Shown one piece after another: positions 11,419 to 22,019 of a DNA stretch of 64,000 bases. The DNA is taken from NCBI GenBank assembly GCA_041740355.1, contig JBGSMD010000039.1, positions 32,001 through 96,000 of the forward strand, given 5' to 3'. Source of the DNA: Bdellovibrionota bacterium (GTDB lineage Bacteria > Bdellovibrionota_C > UBA2361 > CALJRW01). Positions within the stretch are counted from its first letter, which is position 1. Every line of letters begins with the position of its first letter. Made by a program: the position numbers and the translations under genes. The notes under the pieces were generated by a model. It saw nothing but the letters and a program-made list of their open reading frames with translations. It was not told where the DNA came from and did not search any database.

Positions 11419-12437
11419 AGAGATTTACCATAATGCTTTTGATAAAAATCTAGGTATTCCCCAGACTTAATTTTAGTCCACCAATCTTGGTTCTCTAGAT
11501 ACCAGTTAACTGTTAATTCTAGGCCCTTTGGAAAATCAACTTTGGGTGTCCAACCGAGATCATTAGAAATCTTGCTTATATCAACGCAATAACGACGATC
11601 ATGTGCCAAACGATCTTCGACCCGCTTTATTAGAGATATCGGCTTATTTAAAACTCTCAAGATTTCTGTTGTTACCGTTAAATTCGCTAACTCCGATTCT
11701 TCTGGGCCGCCAATATTATAAACTTCTCCAGTTATACCTTTTTCAGCGACTAAAATTAATGCTTCACAATGATCTTTGACATACACCCAATGACGAATTT
11801 GTTGGCCATCGCCATATACTGGTAAAGCTTTATCCTCTAAGGCATTAGTAATAAAAAGTGGAATTAATTTCTCCGGAAATTGATACGGACCATAGTTGTT
11901 GGTACATCTTGTTACTAGGGCATCAAATCCATGAGTTTTAGCCGCAGCTAAAACTAATAAGTCGGAGGAGGCTTTAGATGCTGCGTAAGGACTTGTTGGA
12001 TCTAGTGGAGTAGTTTCATGGAACTTACCAGTTGCTCCTAATGCACCATAAACTTCATCCGTAGAGATATGAATAAATCTTTTAACCTTAGAATGTCTAG
12101 CCGCATCTAGTAAGTTTTGTGTTCCAAGCACATTGGTTGTAACAAATTCTGCAGCACTATGAATAGAACGATCCACATGAGATTCAGCTGCTAAATGAAA
12201 AAGATACTCAATTGAATTCTTATTAAAAAATTCGCTTACAACCTTAGGATCAGCAATATCAATTTTGTGAAAGGTAATTCTATCGTCCCTAAGTAAAGGA
12301 GCGATATTCTCCATATTTCCTGCATACGTTAAGGAATCAAGCAGATAAATCCTCGCAGTTGGATAACGTTCACTTACTAAATAAGCTAAGTTACTTCCAA
12401 TAAAGCCTGCTGCTCCCGTTATAACAATATTATTCAT
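11415..12437 (-). CDS. rfbB: dTDP-glucose 4,6-dehydratase
   Basis: LTYAGN, AAESHVDRSI, STDEVYG, NNYGPYQFPEKLIP. Confidence 0.95.
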   Translation of the reverse strand: MNNIVITGAAGFIGSNLAYLVSERYPTARIYLLDSLTYAGNMENIAPLLRDDRITFHKIDIADPKVVSEFFNKNSIEYLFHLAAESHVDRSIHSAAEFVTTNVLGTQNLLDAARHSKVKRFIHISTDEVYGALGATGKFHETTPLDPTSPYAASKASSDLLVLAAAKTHGFDALVTRCTNNYGPYQFPEKLIPLFITNALEDKALPVYGDGQQIRHWVYVKDHCEALILVAEKGITGEVYNIGGPEESELANLTVTTEILRVLNKPISLIKRVEDRLAHDRRYCVDISKISNDLGWTPKVDFPKGLELTVNWYLENQDWWTKIKSGEYLDFYQKHYGKSL

Positions 12438-12525
12438 TTTAATTAATTAAATTTTAACTTAGATAATTTGTGGATAATTTATAGTTTTTTAATATTGAAT
12501 GCAATCCATGCTAATGCACTTTCTA

Positions 12526-15084
12526 CTAATTACTTGCCGCATTTGGATCCTGTAATAGTGAAAAACCTTGATTTAAAGCCCCTAAGCCTTTTAAGGTAAT
12601 TGTTGCGATGAAATCTTTTGAATTTGGATTAATCCTTTCTCTAAATCCTAAATCTAAATCCCAGCAATTACACTCACTACTAATTCTCAAGGCAAACTGA
12701 TTATCAATAAAATCATTTTTACTTTCATTATATCTGGCGTAATAACCTAGACGAAGCCTTTCATTAATCAGAATTTCGATATTTCCCTCTAGCTGACTGG
12801 TGTTACCTTCTGATTCGCTAGTTTCCTCTTCTAAATACGAATAACGTAATCGTAAACTATCACCCCGATCATCATAGAAATGTGTTCGAGTTCCCCAAGA
12901 GGAAAAATCTTGTTCCTCGGTGTTGAAGTTGGAATCAAACATCAGAGCTAAATAATTACTTGGATATAAACCAAAAGTATTTCCTAAATCTGACCAGGGA
13001 GAAGCCGCAGCCTCGGGATCGTCGACAGCTATGTCTCGGTCTGCATCACCTAAATAATTATATGTTTGATACAGGGACAGGCTTGCTAACTCGCGGATCG
13101 CAGCTCGATTTAAAACAGGCTTTGGTAAAATTTCACGGGAAGATCCCGAAACCCCAGGATATGAAAGTGTTTCAAGTGAGCTAACGGCAGGTACACTTCC
13201 GATTTCTGGAGCAAGTTCAGGAATTGAATCAGCAACTGTGTTAATTGGTTCAAATTTACCATAAATACTACTTCGGGCTTGCATTCCAACTAATTGTCTT
13301 TCCCTAATTCGGTCGACCGAATCAAATAATGGTAAACTATTTTGATCTTCATCTGGAACATAGGTAAAAGTAAGTCGTGGTTCTATCGTCTGCTTTATTC
13401 TTGTTAGACGTGTAGTTTGATGTGTACGACCAATTGATGTTAGCCAAGTAAGAGGTGAAGACTTACCAATATCAGAGACTCGCTCAACTTCCGTTCCAAC
13501 GTTTGCGGATAATGTATAAACATTTCGAGTATCTTCACTAACAATACTTTGAGGATCTGCGGGATCAAGATTGTTGTCTAAACTATAACTAGTTGAGTTA
13601 TAGCTGCTACGCAAATCCCCATTAAGAAAGTTCTTATAGTGATAAGGGATTTTTAACGATGGATTCAGATCAACACGCTGACCCTCATAACCAGTATTTC
13701 GTGTGAAATTGACTGCTTGGATATTATTTGCAGCCACTAATTTAAGACCTAATAAATTCTGCCCCAAAGGGCTCATAACTTTTTGCGATCTTAGATTTAC
13801 TTCAGGTGCTCTTTGAAAAATTAGATCCTGATCTGTCTGGAAGGCCTGGTTGTATTCACCTGATAATTCAGCTGATAATAATGGATCGATATTCGCTCGC
13901 ACCACAGATCGGCTTGTTGTAAAACGAGAATTATACAGACCTAACTGCGGATCATCAAATTCCCGAAGAAATAAACTATCACTTACCAAATGAATATTAG
14001 AATTCCAAGTTACAGGTGTTTCACTCTGGGTTGGATTACGCCATTGATGGGTCAAGAATCCTGCCATTCTTTGATCGTCAAATGTTTTATCAAATAAGTC
14101 ATCCGTATTTGTTCCCCGATTTTCTCCATCTCGAATCGATTCATCGGAGAAGTAAAAGCGACTGGCTAATTTACTACGAGTAGAAAACTCTTCATTGTAG
14201 TCAACGGCAACTCCATTACGAGTGCGACTTTCGGTAAAAGGGCGGATAATCAAATCTGTACTATCATCAACATCATAGAAATATGGGATCGTAAACATTG
14301 TTCCGTTTACGTTACTATAACCAAAACGAGGAACTAAAAGACCAGATTGTCGCTCACGCTTAAAAGGAAAAATAACTTTTGGTAAATAAAGTGCCGTTTT
14401 TTGGTTAATCTTGAATCTGAAATCATTAGCTTTTCCATATCCCTCTTCTCTTACCTTTAAATCAGAACATGTAATTGACCAAGGCTGACTTCCATCTGCG
14501 CATTGACATGGGGATAGCTCAGGTTGCTTGAAGTAATAATCAAACTCAGACACTTTACTGACCTGTTCTGCTTTAATGTTAAAATCACTCTCTTCGGCAA
14601 TTAATGTCGCATTTTTAAATGTGCCAGTTTCAGTCTCAAGATCGACTTCGGCAGAATCAGAGGCAATCGAGCCAGTCGGCCAGCCAAAAAAAACATTTCC
14701 TTTAACCTTGGCTTTTTGCTCTTCCATATCATATTGCCCCTGATCGGCTTGGATTTGCACATCTCCTCGACTTAATACTAAACCATTTTCTAATTTAATT
14801 TTATTTTGACCAGGTTGGTATTTTAAATCTGTGGAAGAAATTTGTAAGTCATTGTTAGCAGGTTGATCACTTTTTAGAATGGATTCTTTTCTTTTAGTTT
14901 TAATTCTTTGGTAGTTAGCAGTATCTTGTAAGAATAAACCATCAGGGTTTGGGGAATCTACTTGAGCAAAAGAATCTATTGCCGAAAATAAAAGACTACT
15001 AAATAAAACTAATATAAAACTAGTATAGAAAGTATCGCTCTTCTTTTTGGGAGATTTGTTTATTGAAGTTACGATATAATTCAC
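12526..15084 (-). CDS. lptD: LPS-assembly outer-membrane protein LptD
   Basis: N-terminal jellyroll-like region, RQSGLLVP motif, beta-strand-rich body, C-terminal CNCW and ITLKGLG. Confidence 0.8.
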   Translation of the reverse strand: MNYIVTSINKSPKKKSDTFYTSFILVLFSSLLFSAIDSFAQVDSPNPDGLFLQDTANYQRIKTKRKESILKSDQPANNDLQISSTDLKYQPGQNKIKLENGLVLSRGDVQIQADQGQYDMEEQKAKVKGNVFFGWPTGSIASDSAEVDLETETGTFKNATLIAEESDFNIKAEQVSKVSEFDYYFKQPELSPCQCADGSQPWSITCSDLKVREEGYGKANDFRFKINQKTALYLPKVIFPFKRERQSGLLVPRFGYSNVNGTMFTIPYFYDVDDSTDLIIRPFTESRTRNGVAVDYNEEFSTRSKLASRFYFSDESIRDGENRGTNTDDLFDKTFDDQRMAGFLTHQWRNPTQSETPVTWNSNIHLVSDSLFLREFDDPQLGLYNSRFTTSRSVVRANIDPLLSAELSGEYNQAFQTDQDLIFQRAPEVNLRSQKVMSPLGQNLLGLKLVAANNIQAVNFTRNTGYEGQRVDLNPSLKIPYHYKNFLNGDLRSSYNSTSYSLDNNLDPADPQSIVSEDTRNVYTLSANVGTEVERVSDIGKSSPLTWLTSIGRTHQTTRLTRIKQTIEPRLTFTYVPDEDQNSLPLFDSVDRIRERQLVGMQARSSIYGKFEPINTVADSIPELAPEIGSVPAVSSLETLSYPGVSGSSREILPKPVLNRAAIRELASLSLYQTYNYLGDADRDIAVDDPEAAASPWSDLGNTFGLYPSNYLALMFDSNFNTEEQDFSSWGTRTHFYDDRGDSLRLRYSYLEEETSESEGNTSQLEGNIEILINERLRLGYYARYNESKNDFIDNQFALRISSECNCWDLDLGFRERINPNSKDFIATITLKGLGALNQGFSLLQDPNAASN

Positions 15085-15132
15085 TTATTTAATTTTAAGG
15101 ATTACAATTAATTTAAGTAAAAGCTTAGCTTT

Positions 15133-15175
15133 TACTTAAATCCTCCGCATATTAAATTTGCAGAGGGTGAGTATA
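15133..15175. repeat. Hairpin repeat ending in GGTGAGTATAA (family D)
   Basis: TCCTCCGCA..TGCAGAGGGTGAGTATAA resembles 41465-41500; lies just past the accD stop. Confidence 0.55.
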
Positions 15176-15176
15176 A

Positions 15177-16031
15177 TCAGTTACCAAATCCGAAATTTGT
15201 CAAGATTAAGGCAATCTCTTCCCTTAACTTCGCTCTAGTAACAATACGATCAATCATACCATGTTCCAACAAAAATTCTGAACGTTGAAAACCTTCCGGT
15301 AATTTTTGTCTAATAGTTTGTTCGATCACTCGTGGTCCCGCAAATCCGATTAAAGCTTTTGGCTCCGCGAGAATTACATCGCCTAGCATAGCAAATGATG
15401 CAGCAACACCGCCAGTGGTTGGATCAGTTAATAATGAAATATATGGGACTCTAACTTGACCCAAACGAGCAAGAGCAGCACTAACTTTAGCCATCTGCAT
15501 TAATGAAAAAATTCCTTCTTGCATTCTAGCACCACCAGATGCTGAAATAATAATTACAGGACGCTTTTCTTCAATTCCCAGCTCGACCAGTCTCGTTAGT
15601 TTCTCTCCAACAACTGAACCCATGCTGCCACCCATGTAACTGAACTCGAAAACTCCCAACATTACTGGTACATTAAGAATCCTAGCACGACCAGTGATTA
15701 CAGCTTCATTAGAACCACTACTCTTTTCTGCAGCTTTAATTCTTTCTTTGTATTTTTTGGAATCTTTAAAACTTAAGGGATCGCTTGACTTGAGATTGCG
15801 GTCTAACTCCACAAAGGAGTGCCGATCAACCAATAATGGAATTCTTTCGCTTGATTTTAGGCGAAAATGATAACTACAGTGACTGCAAACCCCAAAGCTA
15901 CGTCGAAGATCACGAGTGTATAATACTGCCTGACAAGATGGACATTTTGACCAAATATCATCAGGAATCTCTAACTTTTCATTTTGCTCCAGAACAGGTC
16001 TTGGAGCTTTGCTTCTTGTAAACCAACTCAT
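15177..16031 (-). CDS. accD: Acetyl-CoA carboxylase carboxyltransferase beta subunit
   Basis: C4 zinc ribbon WSKCPSC..CSHC, MGGSMGSVVGEK, SGGARMQEG; start moved to ATG 16031 because the upstream extension is translated repeat. Confidence 0.95.
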   Translation of the reverse strand: MSWFTRSKAPRPVLEQNEKLEIPDDIWSKCPSCQAVLYTRDLRRSFGVCSHCSYHFRLKSSERIPLLVDRHSFVELDRNLKSSDPLSFKDSKKYKERIKAAEKSSGSNEAVITGRARILNVPVMLGVFEFSYMGGSMGSVVGEKLTRLVELGIEEKRPVIIISASGGARMQEGIFSLMQMAKVSAALARLGQVRVPYISLLTDPTTGGVAASFAMLGDVILAEPKALIGFAGPRVIEQTIRQKLPEGFQRSEFLLEHGMIDRIVTRAKLREEIALILTNFGFGN

Positions 16032-16069
16032 AGTTGCGCTAACATATCGCTTAACAAAAAATGTGTAAA

Positions 16070-16160
16070 GTGACACTGAATTTTGAAAAAATTCAGTGTC
16101 ACCACGCCGTAGCCGAAAGGCGTAGGCGGGTTCATCACGCCGAAGTATTAGCGAAGGCGG
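16070..16160. repeat. Palindrome cluster: 15-bp perfect inverted repeat plus two family-C hairpins
   Basis: GTGACACTGAATTTT-gaa-AAAATTCAGTGTCAC; CGCCGTAGCCGAAAGGCGTAGGCG; CGCCGAAGTATTAGCGAAGGCG. Confidence 0.8.
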
Positions 16161-16200
16161 TTCCTTCACTAAATTTAGATTTTATCTATTCTGCACCACA

Positions 16201-16959
16201 ATGAATATTTGGCAATTAAATCAGGCAATTAGTAACTTCCTTGAAACCTCAGAATATCCGGATGATTCTGTAAATGGATTACAAGTCGAAAGTAAAAATA
16301 CCTCAATCAAAAAAATTGCCTTAGCGGTGGATTCTGGTCTTTCTATTATCCAAGAAGCAGTTGATAGAAAAGCAGATCTTCTAATAGTACATCATGGACT
16401 TTTCTGGGGGCAGTCCAGCTCGATTACAGGTTTATTAGCAAAAAAAATTGATACTCTGCTAGCTAATTCCTGTTCATTAATTGCTCAACACCTTCCTCTT
16501 GATGGAAATCCATTTGTTGGAAATAACTATGAACTTGCTCGACTTTTTGAACTTGAAGAAATCATAGGCTTTGGTCCTCTCTCTGGAAATAAATACTATG
16601 GCTGTGCTGGTAAATTTTTTGAACCGAAGAAAATTGAACATTTCCTCAGTAAAGCTAATCAACTAGTTGGTTTTGACTACAAATTATCACTTCCCTTTGG
16701 CAAATCTGAAATCTTTACTTGTGCGATAGTTAGTGGCAGTGGAAGTTTTGCTATGGAACAATGTTATCATAAATATGATTTATTTATCTCTGGGGAACCA
16801 AAGCAGTCTGTTTTTCATGATTCCAAGGATAATCAGCAAAATGCCTTGTTTTTGGGACACTATGCCACAGAAACTATTGGAATTAAGGCCCTTGGTAAAT
16901 GGATTAATGATAATTATCAGATTGAAACTTTCTTTATTGATCAGCCAACACATATCTAG
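16201..16959 (+). CDS. Nif3/YbgI-like dinuclear metal-centre protein
   Basis: D.SVNGLQVE, LIVHHGLFWG, HLPLD, GHYATE. Confidence 0.9.
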   Translation: MNIWQLNQAISNFLETSEYPDDSVNGLQVESKNTSIKKIALAVDSGLSIIQEAVDRKADLLIVHHGLFWGQSSSITGLLAKKIDTLLANSCSLIAQHLPLDGNPFVGNNYELARLFELEEIIGFGPLSGNKYYGCAGKFFEPKKIEHFLSKANQLVGFDYKLSLPFGKSEIFTCAIVSGSGSFAMEQCYHKYDLFISGEPKQSVFHDSKDNQQNALFLGHYATETIGIKALGKWINDNYQIETFFIDQPTHI

Positions 16960-16964
16960 TTGCG

Positions 16965-17996
16965 ATGAAAGAAATCAAAATATCAGCACCAGGAAAAATA
17001 CATTTAATTGGTGAACACTCGGTTGTTTATGGTGAACCTGCTATTATTACTACTGTAAATCTCCATACCAATCTAATTTTTGAAGAATCTGAAAATATAA
17101 AAATTCAAATCAGTGAACAAAAATTTCAATATATTCAGGAAGAACTTGTGATCCTTGCGGATCAGGCAATGGAACTCTGGCATTTAGGCAAAGAAACAAA
17201 TAATTTTAATAATCTATTTAATTTATACAACAACAATCCACTTAATTTTTTAAAGATTGCCTTAGGTAACCTAATTAATAAATTTAAGGTCACAAAAGGC
17301 TTTCAGATTAAAGAAACTTCGAATCTTCCCCTAGGATCGGGTCTAGGTTCTTCCGCCTCATTTGCCGTAGCTTTAGCTGCTGGTTTCGAGAAGTTTTTTA
17401 CAGATACTTTTAATTTAGAAACAATTAATCAAAATGCTTTTAGTCTAGAACAAATAGCAAATGGTAATCCCTCAGGAGGTGATAATGCTTGCTGTTGCTT
17501 TGGAGGATTAATTAATTTCCAAAAACAGCCTGACTCCGAACAAGCAATAATTAAGCCCTTAAAAATAAATTTATCGCAAGAAAGTAATAAATTTATTTTA
17601 ATTAATACCGGAAAACCAGAAAAAACTACTGGAGAATTAGTGCAACAAGTTTCTTTATTAGATCCATTTTTTAGGAAGGAACGTTGTCAGTTAATCACCT
17701 CGTATATTTCACCCCTGCTTCTAGCACTAGAAAACAACGATCCTGATTCGATCTCTTTATGCCTTAATAATACCCATTCACAACTAAGCGAATTAGGTGT
17801 TTCAACATCGTTGCTAAACAAGCTGCAATCAGAAATTAAAAAGATTGGAGGGGGAGCAAAGCTTTGTGGTGCAGGTGGTGGTGGAATTCTTTTAGCATAT
17901 CATCAAAATCCCGAAGAATTAATTACTATCGCTAACAAGAATAAACTAAAGTATTACCAAGTCATGCTGGCGACTGAAGGAGTTTGTTTTTCATAA
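16965..17996 (+). CDS. mvk: Mevalonate kinase (GHMP kinase)
   Basis: [44 protein letters not shown]. Confidence 0.8.
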   Translation: MKEIKISAPGKIHLIGEHSVVYGEPAIITTVNLHTNLIFEESENIKIQISEQKFQYIQEELVILADQAMELWHLGKETNNFNNLFNLYNNNPLNFLKIALGNLINKFKVTKGFQIKETSNLPLGSGLGSSASFAVALAAGFEKFFTDTFNLETINQNAFSLEQIANGNPSGGDNACCCFGGLINFQKQPDSEQAIIKPLKINLSQESNKFILINTGKPEKTTGELVQQVSLLDPFFRKERCQLITSYISPLLLALENNDPDSISLCLNNTHSQLSELGVSTSLLNKLQSEIKKIGGGAKLCGAGGGGILLAYHQNPEELITIANKNKLKYYQVMLATEGVCFS

Positions 17997-18000
17997 TTCT

Positions 18001-18639
18001 ATGTCTCAAAAAAATATTAAACTATTAAGCCATACTTTCCTTCCACAAATCTCTCATCACTATCAGGAAATAATAGACTTAATTGGAGAAGACTCCTCAC
18101 GCGAAGGATTAATTAAAACTCCGGAAAGAGCCTCTAAGGCAATCCAGTTTATGACGAGTGGCTACGAACAAGATGCCGAAGCAATCCTCAAATCAGCAAT
18201 CTTTAAAGAAGAATATCGCAACATGGTAATCGTTAAGGACATTGAGTTTTACTCTCTATGCGAACATCACCTTTTACCCTTTTTTGGAAAAGCTCATGTT
18301 GCCTATATCCCTAATGGCCAAATTGTAGGACTAAGTAAAATACCTCGAGTAATAGATGTATTTGCTAGACGACTTCAAGTTCAGGAAAGACTGACAAATG
18401 AAATTGTTACTTGCTTGCAAAAAACTTTAGAACCACTTGGAGTAGGAGTTATAATTGAAGCACAACATATGTGTATGATGATGCGTGGTGTACAAAAGCA
18501 AAATTCAATTACTAAAACAGCAGCCTTAACTGGAGTATTTGAAAGAGAAGAAGTTAGGATGGAATTCTTATCTTTAATTCAAAAAAAAGAATTGCAGAAT
18601 ATGCAAAAAACTAATCGGCGCAAAATTTTTAGGGAGTAG
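18001..18639 (+). CDS. folE: GTP cyclohydrolase I
   Basis: [45 protein letters not shown]. Confidence 0.96.
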   Translation: MSQKNIKLLSHTFLPQISHHYQEIIDLIGEDSSREGLIKTPERASKAIQFMTSGYEQDAEAILKSAIFKEEYRNMVIVKDIEFYSLCEHHLLPFFGKAHVAYIPNGQIVGLSKIPRVIDVFARRLQVQERLTNEIVTCLQKTLEPLGVGVIIEAQHMCMMMRGVQKQNSITKTAALTGVFEREEVRMEFLSLIQKKELQNMQKTNRRKIFRE

Positions 18640-19582
18640 CAATTTCTTGATACCACTTCCAGAATTTTGTTAGACCTTCCTCTAAATCAACCTTTGGTTG
18701 ATAATCAAATAATTTTTGGGCCTTAGTAATATCAGCAAAAGTTCTAGGAACTTCACTCTGTGGGGTTGGCACATTTTTAATAATTGCGGCTTTGCCAATA
18801 ACATTCTGGATGACTTGCATAAAATTATTTAAGGATACCGGATTACCTCGACCTAAGTTGACGATTTCGTAACCTTGCGGGCGATCAATTGCGGCAATAA
18901 AACCCTTAACTAAATCATCAACGTATGTCCAATCTCTTTCCATCTCGCCTTGACCAAAAATTGGAATCTCTTCCTGATTAAGAATTGATTCTGTAACACG
19001 ATATGGCATCATGTCGGGGCGACCTTTCGGTCCGTAGACATTAAAGAAACGCAGAGATGTAAAATTTAACCCATGTATATTATTATAGGCATGTCCTAAT
19101 AACTCAGCGGACTTTTTAGTGGCAGGATATGCTGCGAGTGGTGAATCGGATTGATCTGTTTCTTTAAAGGGAACAATGTCTCTCGCTCCATAGATCGAGC
19201 CAGTCGAGGCAAAAACAAAATTCTTAGCTTGATGTTCAACAGATAATTCTAAAAGGTTATTAGTTCCGGAAATATTTACATCAATAAAGACTTGTGGATT
19301 CTTTACAGAATAACGAACATTCGCCATGGCACCAAGATGGGCGACAACATCAGGCTGAAAACTTTCAAAGGCCTTGCTAAGCTTTAATCGATTACAAAAA
19401 TCAAGCTCTGCTAGCAGGCAATTTTCAAATGCTAATAATTCTTTAATATTACGACGTTTGAATTCTGGATTGTAATAATCGTTAAAATTATCAACTAAAA
19501 GTACGGAGTCACCCCGTTCCAATAATTTTTGGGCAAGGCTGCTACCAATAAATCCAGCACCACCAGTAACGAGAATCTTCAC
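18629..19582 (-). CDS. NAD-dependent epimerase (UDP-glucuronate 4-epimerase-like)
   Basis: [35 protein letters not shown]. Confidence 0.8.
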   Translation of the reverse strand: MKILVTGGAGFIGSSLAQKLLERGDSVLLVDNFNDYYNPEFKRRNIKELLAFENCLLAELDFCNRLKLSKAFESFQPDVVAHLGAMANVRYSVKNPQVFIDVNISGTNNLLELSVEHQAKNFVFASTGSIYGARDIVPFKETDQSDSPLAAYPATKKSAELLGHAYNNIHGLNFTSLRFFNVYGPKGRPDMMPYRVTESILNQEEIPIFGQGEMERDWTYVDDLVKGFIAAIDRPQGYEIVNLGRGNPVSLNNFMQVIQNVIGKAAIIKNVPTPQSEVPRTFADITKAQKLFDYQPKVDLEEGLTKFWKWYQEIATP

Positions 19583-19585
19583 GTT

Positions 19586-20992
19586 CTACTTTTCCCACTC
19601 CGTATGAAAAGTTCCCTCAATATCTTTTCGTTGGTAGGTGTGTGCACCAAAGAAATCACGCTGTGCCTGGGTTAAATTTTGTGGCAAATTAGCAGAACGA
19701 TAACAATCATAATAAGATAAGGCTGTAGCCAGAGCCATTACTGGAACTCCACCTAAACAGGCATCGGATACAACTTTACGTAAACTTGGGATGTTTTTCT
19801 CTAATTCCTTAGTCATAAAATCCGCTAACATTAAATTAGCAATGTTTGGATTTGCTTGATAGGCTTTGGTAATATCACCTAGGAATTTAGCACGTATAAT
19901 ACAACCACCCTTCCAAAGAGCAGCAATCTCGTCAAGCTTTAAATCCCAGTGATATTGATTGGATGCTTCTTGTATAAGAGCCATTCCCTGAGCATAGGAA
20001 ATAATCTTGGCCGCATACAAAGCATTGTGCACTTCGGCTGCAAATTTATCTTGATCCAAATCCGTTATTTGAGTTAAGGCCGGAAGAATCTTGGAGGCCA
20101 CGACGCGCTGATCTTTAAAACTACTTAATGTTCTAGCTGTAACAGCGGCGGCAATAGTCGGAACAGGTATACCAAGTTCTAAGGCAACTTCCGAAGTCCA
20201 TTGTCCCGTTCCTTTTTGCCCGGCACGATCTAAGATTTTATCAACTAGAAATCCTTCCCCTTCCGGATCCTTAAATTTAAATATTTCAGTAGTAATTTCA
20301 ATTAAGAATGAACTTAAAACACCTTGATTCCATTTTTCAAAAGTTTTAGCGAGCTGTTCCGGTTTAAATCCAGCTAAGTCAGTTAAGGTTTGATAGCATT
20401 CGGCAATCAATTGCATGTCAGCATATTCAATTCCATTACGTACCATCTTTACAAAATGACCTGCACCATCTGGACCAATATAATTAGTACATGGTCCATC
20501 GACATTGGCAGCAATTTTAGAAAACATCTCAGCAACTTTTTCCCAAGCATGTTTTGGTCCACCTGGCATAATACTTGGGCCATTTAATGCACCAGTTTCT
20601 CCACCAGAAATTCCTGCTCCAATAAAATTAACCCCTATTTTAGCCAAAAGATCTACTCTTCTTTTAGTATCCTTAAACCAAGCATTACCTCCATCGATTA
20701 AGATATCACCAAGTTCTAAAAAGGGTGTTAAGCCTTGAATCACAGCATCCGTTGGTTCACCAGCTTTGACCATCAAGATAATCTTTCTTGGTTGTTGAAT
20801 ACTTTGGACAAATTCTTGTAATCCTTCGGTACCAACAAATTTTAGATTAGAAAATTCTTCAATAAATTGCTCTGTGACGCTAGCAGTTCGGTTGCATACT
20901 GAAACCTGATATCCACGACTCTCTAAGTTACGTGCCAAATTTGAGCCCATTACGGCTAATCCATATAATCCAACATCTGATTTTTTTTGCAT
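19586..20992 (-). CDS. gnd: NADP-dependent 6-phosphogluconate dehydrogenase
   Basis: GLAVMG, ILMVKAG, GQKGTGQW, QAQRDFFGAHTY. Confidence 0.95.
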   Translation of the reverse strand: MQKKSDVGLYGLAVMGSNLARNLESRGYQVSVCNRTASVTEQFIEEFSNLKFVGTEGLQEFVQSIQQPRKIILMVKAGEPTDAVIQGLTPFLELGDILIDGGNAWFKDTKRRVDLLAKIGVNFIGAGISGGETGALNGPSIMPGGPKHAWEKVAEMFSKIAANVDGPCTNYIGPDGAGHFVKMVRNGIEYADMQLIAECYQTLTDLAGFKPEQLAKTFEKWNQGVLSSFLIEITTEIFKFKDPEGEGFLVDKILDRAGQKGTGQWTSEVALELGIPVPTIAAAVTARTLSSFKDQRVVASKILPALTQITDLDQDKFAAEVHNALYAAKIISYAQGMALIQEASNQYHWDLKLDEIAALWKGGCIIRAKFLGDITKAYQANPNIANLMLADFMTKELEKNIPSLRKVVSDACLGGVPVMALATALSYYDCYRSANLPQNLTQAQRDFFGAHTYQRKDIEGTFHTEWEK

Positions 20993-21064
20993 TATCTTAT
21001 TCCCAAAAAATATTTGTGTATGAGTAGTCCCACCACTTAGTGCCTAAAGGCAGAATCAATTATA

Positions 21065-21204
21065 TAGTAAGTCCAAAAGTAATTTCCGTAGGGAATTACT
21101 TTTGGGGGCTTATATCCCCCGGTGGGATAATAAAATCATATAGTTGTGACAAAAATCACAAAACTTACTTTTAAATATTCGGAAAGTATTTTTTGTCATA
21201 ACTA
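21065..21204 (+). mobile_element. MITE family B, copy 1
   Basis: Homologous to 55110-55251; TA-flanked; two hairpin modules. Confidence 0.8.
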
Positions 21205-21211
21205 TAAGTTC

Positions 21212-21955
21212 TTAGCTGGACGTTTGTAACTCTAGAACTTCAACCCTTTTTTTACCTGATTTAACTTGAAAAACCAAATTCTGAGTTAGCTCCACGCAGC
21301 TAAGCATGTTTCCATAAACTAGCCCCGTATCTATCCCTAGCTTACTAGGATAATCATTAAAAATTGTTTTGAATGGTGTATGACCAAATACTATTGTTTT
21401 ATCAAATGAGTGTTGGCTCATAATAAATTCATCCCGAATCCAAAACAAATCTTCATCTCGCTGTGAAGTTAAATCTCGCAGTGGATTTAATCCAGCATGC
21501 GCCACGATAAATTTATCGTAACAAACAATCTTTCTTAAATTTTGAAAGAACTCAATGTGATTTGGGGGAAACTTGGCAAAGATTTCATTAACATCATCTT
21601 TTTGATCAAATCCATAACTAATTAATGTTTGGGCTCCCCCATTTCTAATAAAATTAGCTCCGAATGTCCCGCCTAGTCCCATGAAATCTAAAAACATATC
21701 TTCATGATTTCCCTTTAGAAACTTAGTATTTGGAAAATCTTTGGCAAAATCGATTAAAAAATTTACCAGTGAGCAAGATTCATAGCCACGATCAATATAA
21801 TCCCCAACAAAGACAACTTGATCTGACTGATTTAAAGTTTGTTTTTTCTGAAGATGATCTAATAAGCTAGCTGTCTCTGATAATGTGCCATGAAGATCTC
21901 CAACAACAAAAAGTCTTCCTTCATATGTTTCAATTTTACTTACTTGATCATTCAC
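21212..21955 (-). CDS. Metallophosphoesterase (PPP/ApaH-like phosphatase)
   Basis: GDLHG, GDYIDRG, GNHE, HAG, GHTP, IDTG. Confidence 0.9.
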   Translation of the reverse strand: MNDQVSKIETYEGRLFVVGDLHGTLSETASLLDHLQKKQTLNQSDQVVFVGDYIDRGYESCSLVNFLIDFAKDFPNTKFLKGNHEDMFLDFMGLGGTFGANFIRNGGAQTLISYGFDQKDDVNEIFAKFPPNHIEFFQNLRKIVCYDKFIVAHAGLNPLRDLTSQRDEDLFWIRDEFIMSQHSFDKTIVFGHTPFKTIFNDYPSKLGIDTGLVYGNMLSCVELTQNLVFQVKSGKKRVEVLELQTSS

Positions 21956-22019
21956 AATAATTACCTTTCATCTGGACAGAGCTAGGGCAGATTAATACAC
22001 TACTTTAAATTAATCTAGA

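Noticed and set aside
16032-16169. 46-aa N-terminal extension of AccD in the ORF track
   Set aside because: It is a read-through of palindromic repeats; the typical AccD start MSWF begins at 16031.
18629-18639. Convergent overlap of folE and the epimerase gene
   Set aside because: Short 3' overlaps are common, and there is no sign of function.
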